In this document: positions 61,673 through 64,000 of the stretch, piece after piece
How positions within the stretch are numbered: the first letter of the stretch is position 1
How the letters are laid out: each line of letters starts with the position of its first letter
The notes under the pieces: model-generated
What the model was told of the DNA's origin: nothing
Databases searched by the model: none
The model's input: the letters and a program-made list of their open reading frames with translations, nothing else
Source: Negaprion brevirostris
Lineage: Eukaryota
NCBI GenBank assembly: GCA_030324005.1
Contig: JARDVH010000132.1
Location: 80,183,156-80,247,155 of the forward strand
DNA: 64,000 nucleotides
Reading direction: 5' to 3'
Program-made: the position numbers and the translations under genes

Positions 61673-63873
61673 AATCCATGTAGCTGCAAGTCTTGATGCA
61701 CATTCTCCCATATTTTGGTGACTGTACCAGTATTTTAGCCCTCTGACTATACTAGTCTCAATAAATAATGATGATGCACAAATAAGTAAACGGAAACCAA
61801 TGTAATGTGCAATATTTACAAGTGAAATTTATATTTGAGAAGAACATGTCTTCTCTGTGCTCTCAATCTTAAGTTTTCCCCAGTGGTACAACCCTAACAT
61901 CAGCAGCTCAGGTGAAGACGGTCTGTTAAGTGGCCTTTGACCATGGTAGGCTTCCTCTGGAGGACTGTGACCTTGAGAACTCTGTCCCACTGGGGGTTTC
62001 CTGCACTGCTGCAAGGGTTTCCTCAATGACCTTGCCTACTGGAGTCAATGCAGTCCATGGCAGAGGGGATGAGAAGAGATTGCTAACCCTTGGAATGCCC
62101 TAAGAAGAAGGCCCTGAAGCAGTTGTCATGCATCCTTCCTCTATCTGTGTCCACTGTCGCCTCTCTGTCTCCATAAGGCGAGAGGTCTCGGAGCCATGAC
62201 CCTCTTAAATAAACTGTTGCTACAATGAGTCCATCCTAGAGCAATAGAGTACAGGCCAGAGCACACATGGATCGAGTGCTTGATGTGGTTTTCCGTGGAA
62301 GTTACCACCCTTTCCATGGAGGAAGCCACGTACCCAAATGCCTGAGATATGGTTGAACTCATAGCTAGCATGGACCTCTCCATTGCCCACAAAAGCTTCA
62401 CATGATCTCTTGCAACTAAGCTTATGTTCCACTTAAGCCTGTTAGAGATGCAGGTTGTTATGGTTATGGCCATGGCCAGATGCCTATCTGCAGTGTGGGG
62501 CTCAGCAGGAACCTGATTCCCAGCACTGCTCTGAGTGTCAAGAGACATGGCTGTCACACTATCTCTCAACTGCTAGGATGTGTCTGTCCTGTGATCACCA
62601 GATTGTCACCCTGATTCTAAATATGAACCCTCCACAACCTGTGGGGTGTACCTGAGCTGGGAAAGTGTAGGAAGATGTAGCTGAGAGTGCATCCTCTAGG
62701 ACAGTGATGGCCGAAATCGTTCGTGCTGATGTGATTTTCCACTACAGTGAACAGCTGGTAAGACGTGGCCATCCTCTTTCCTCTGTTGTGAATCGTCGGG
62801 ACTTTTCGGGGTAAGAATCTTTAGGTTTGAAACCGCACCTGTCCTTAACTTTTCCCTTGCACTGTGGGTCAGTTTGTTCTCTATGACAATGTCCAGTCAT
62901 GTGAGGCCTAACTCCATTGTCTGCACTCATCCTCAACCCACATACTTAACTTTTAATTGCATCTAAATGATCAGATAAGGCTACATACTTTGGCCTCCAT
63001 TCTCATGTGGCCTTGTAGCAGTTCACACATTCAGCTGCCTGACATAGCTGCCCTCTCAAATATAAATTAATTAACGACTCCATAGAGATCTCTGGCTAAA
63101 TCCAGGTGCCAATGCTTCATAAGTATGTCACTGCTGAGAAGAGGAACACTTTCCCCATTTCTATCATCCACTGTCAATATTCTAAACCAAAGTTCACGCA
63201 GGCTAAAGGGAGCTCAGTTGCATATGAACTATATGAGGATGAAATTCAATTTGGCCACTGAGCAAAAACGGATGGTAGTGGATCACATGCCCATGATAAA
63301 CTAAACAAAAATAGAACTGGTTGTACAAGATGCGGCCAATGTGCTACTGCTTATGTTGCAATACTGTCAATGTTAAAGTTTTCTAATCTCTCGTTATTCT
63401 GTCCTGACAATTGACTTAACTCTAACCTGAGAGGTACTTTCTTATTTAATAGTGTAAATTTCTCCATTTCCAATCAATGCCAATCTTTCTGAATGTGATT
63501 GGCAATTTTTAGTTCGCAGTTGTTTTAGATTCTGGACAATTTTGTGCTGTGGGCCCCACGTAAAGGGAGAACTGAGGCAGATTTCCAAAGCACAAACTGG
63601 ATAAAAGTTCTGAGGTTAAGGATTGAAATTCTGGGGTTTGGGATTGATAAAGGGTGTGATAAAGCATTATCATTTCAGGTGAAAATCGGATAAAAAGTAA
63701 TCATAGTACAGACAGACCATCTAAAGTGTTATAATATTACAGGCATGGAAACAAAGCCTAATTACATTGCCAGATGTAAGTAGAATTATTTGGGATTAAA
63801 AATACCGGTGTATTCTTCTGACCGGTTCCTTCAGTTTAACTAATCGTTGTTGTCAATGTTACCTTTAACCCAG

Positions 63874-63951
63874 GTGGTTCAGCTAGAGGAGTTGCTGGCT
63901 GTCCGTCATTCCGTCTTTGTGGTTGGAAACGCTGGGACAGGAAAGAGTCAG
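63874..63951 (+). CDS. DNAH11: DNAH11 exon S, AAA2 Walker A ([26 protein letters not shown])
   Basis: cccag acceptor, CAG|gtgagc donor, 78 nt; GNAGTGKS P-loop. Confidence 0.95.
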
Positions 63952-64000
63952 GTGAGCAAAACACCATTTGTCGAATTGAAAGATTACTCAAGTAAAAATG

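Larger units (their letters stand above)
3196..63951 (+). other. DNAH11: Internal portion (19 coding exons) of axonemal outer-arm dynein heavy chain 11; the gene continues beyond both window ends
   Basis: Exons join in frame with consistent phases into a dynein heavy chain. Segments [54 protein letters not shown] and EESFILK match vertebrate DNAH11 as I recall it better than paralogs DNAH9/DNAH17. Confidence 0.9.

Noticed and set aside
3355-63873. U12-type minor introns
   Set aside because: No donor matches RTATCCTT; the closest, gtatac at 30806, does not
3196-63951. DNAH11 as a pseudogene because of apparent frame breaks at 51409 and 51765
   Set aside because: Both resolve (overlap gap; GC donor). 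No stop occurs in any of the 19 exons and catalytic motifs are intact.
1-64000. CRISPR arrays, operons or prokaryotic defence systems
   Set aside because: The sequence is an intron-rich vertebrate locus with no regularly spaced repeat-spacer array and no gene-dense segment

Overview
Eukaryotic, repeat-rich genomic DNA. The SINE/CR1/Penelope repertoire points to a cartilaginous fish, probably a shark. The window lies inside one + strand gene, axonemal dynein heavy chain DNAH11. I traced 19 coding exons (3196-63951; 2694 nt, 898 codons once an artefactual gap is closed) that splice in frame and encode the tail end, linker, AAA1 (Walker A GPAGTGKT, Walker B CFDEFNR) and start of AAA2 (GNAGTGKS). 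Introns hold degraded CR1 and L2 LINEs, tRNA-derived V-SINE-type elements, Penelope-like remnants, MITE-like elements and solo LTRs. Almost all other ORF-track entries are repeat-derived or spurious. I found no convincing new multi-gene system. The most notable observations are: three GC-AG introns, one with a competing frameshifting GT donor; a decayed duplicate of part of an exon; a hairpin-loop microinversion between two copies of an unidentified repeat; a templated insertion; degenerate hammerhead motifs; a perfect RFX X-box; a possible retroviral env remnant; and 100-N gaps that are really overlaps. Family and gene assignments come from my recollection of motifs, not from database searches. 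Repeat boundaries are approximate.
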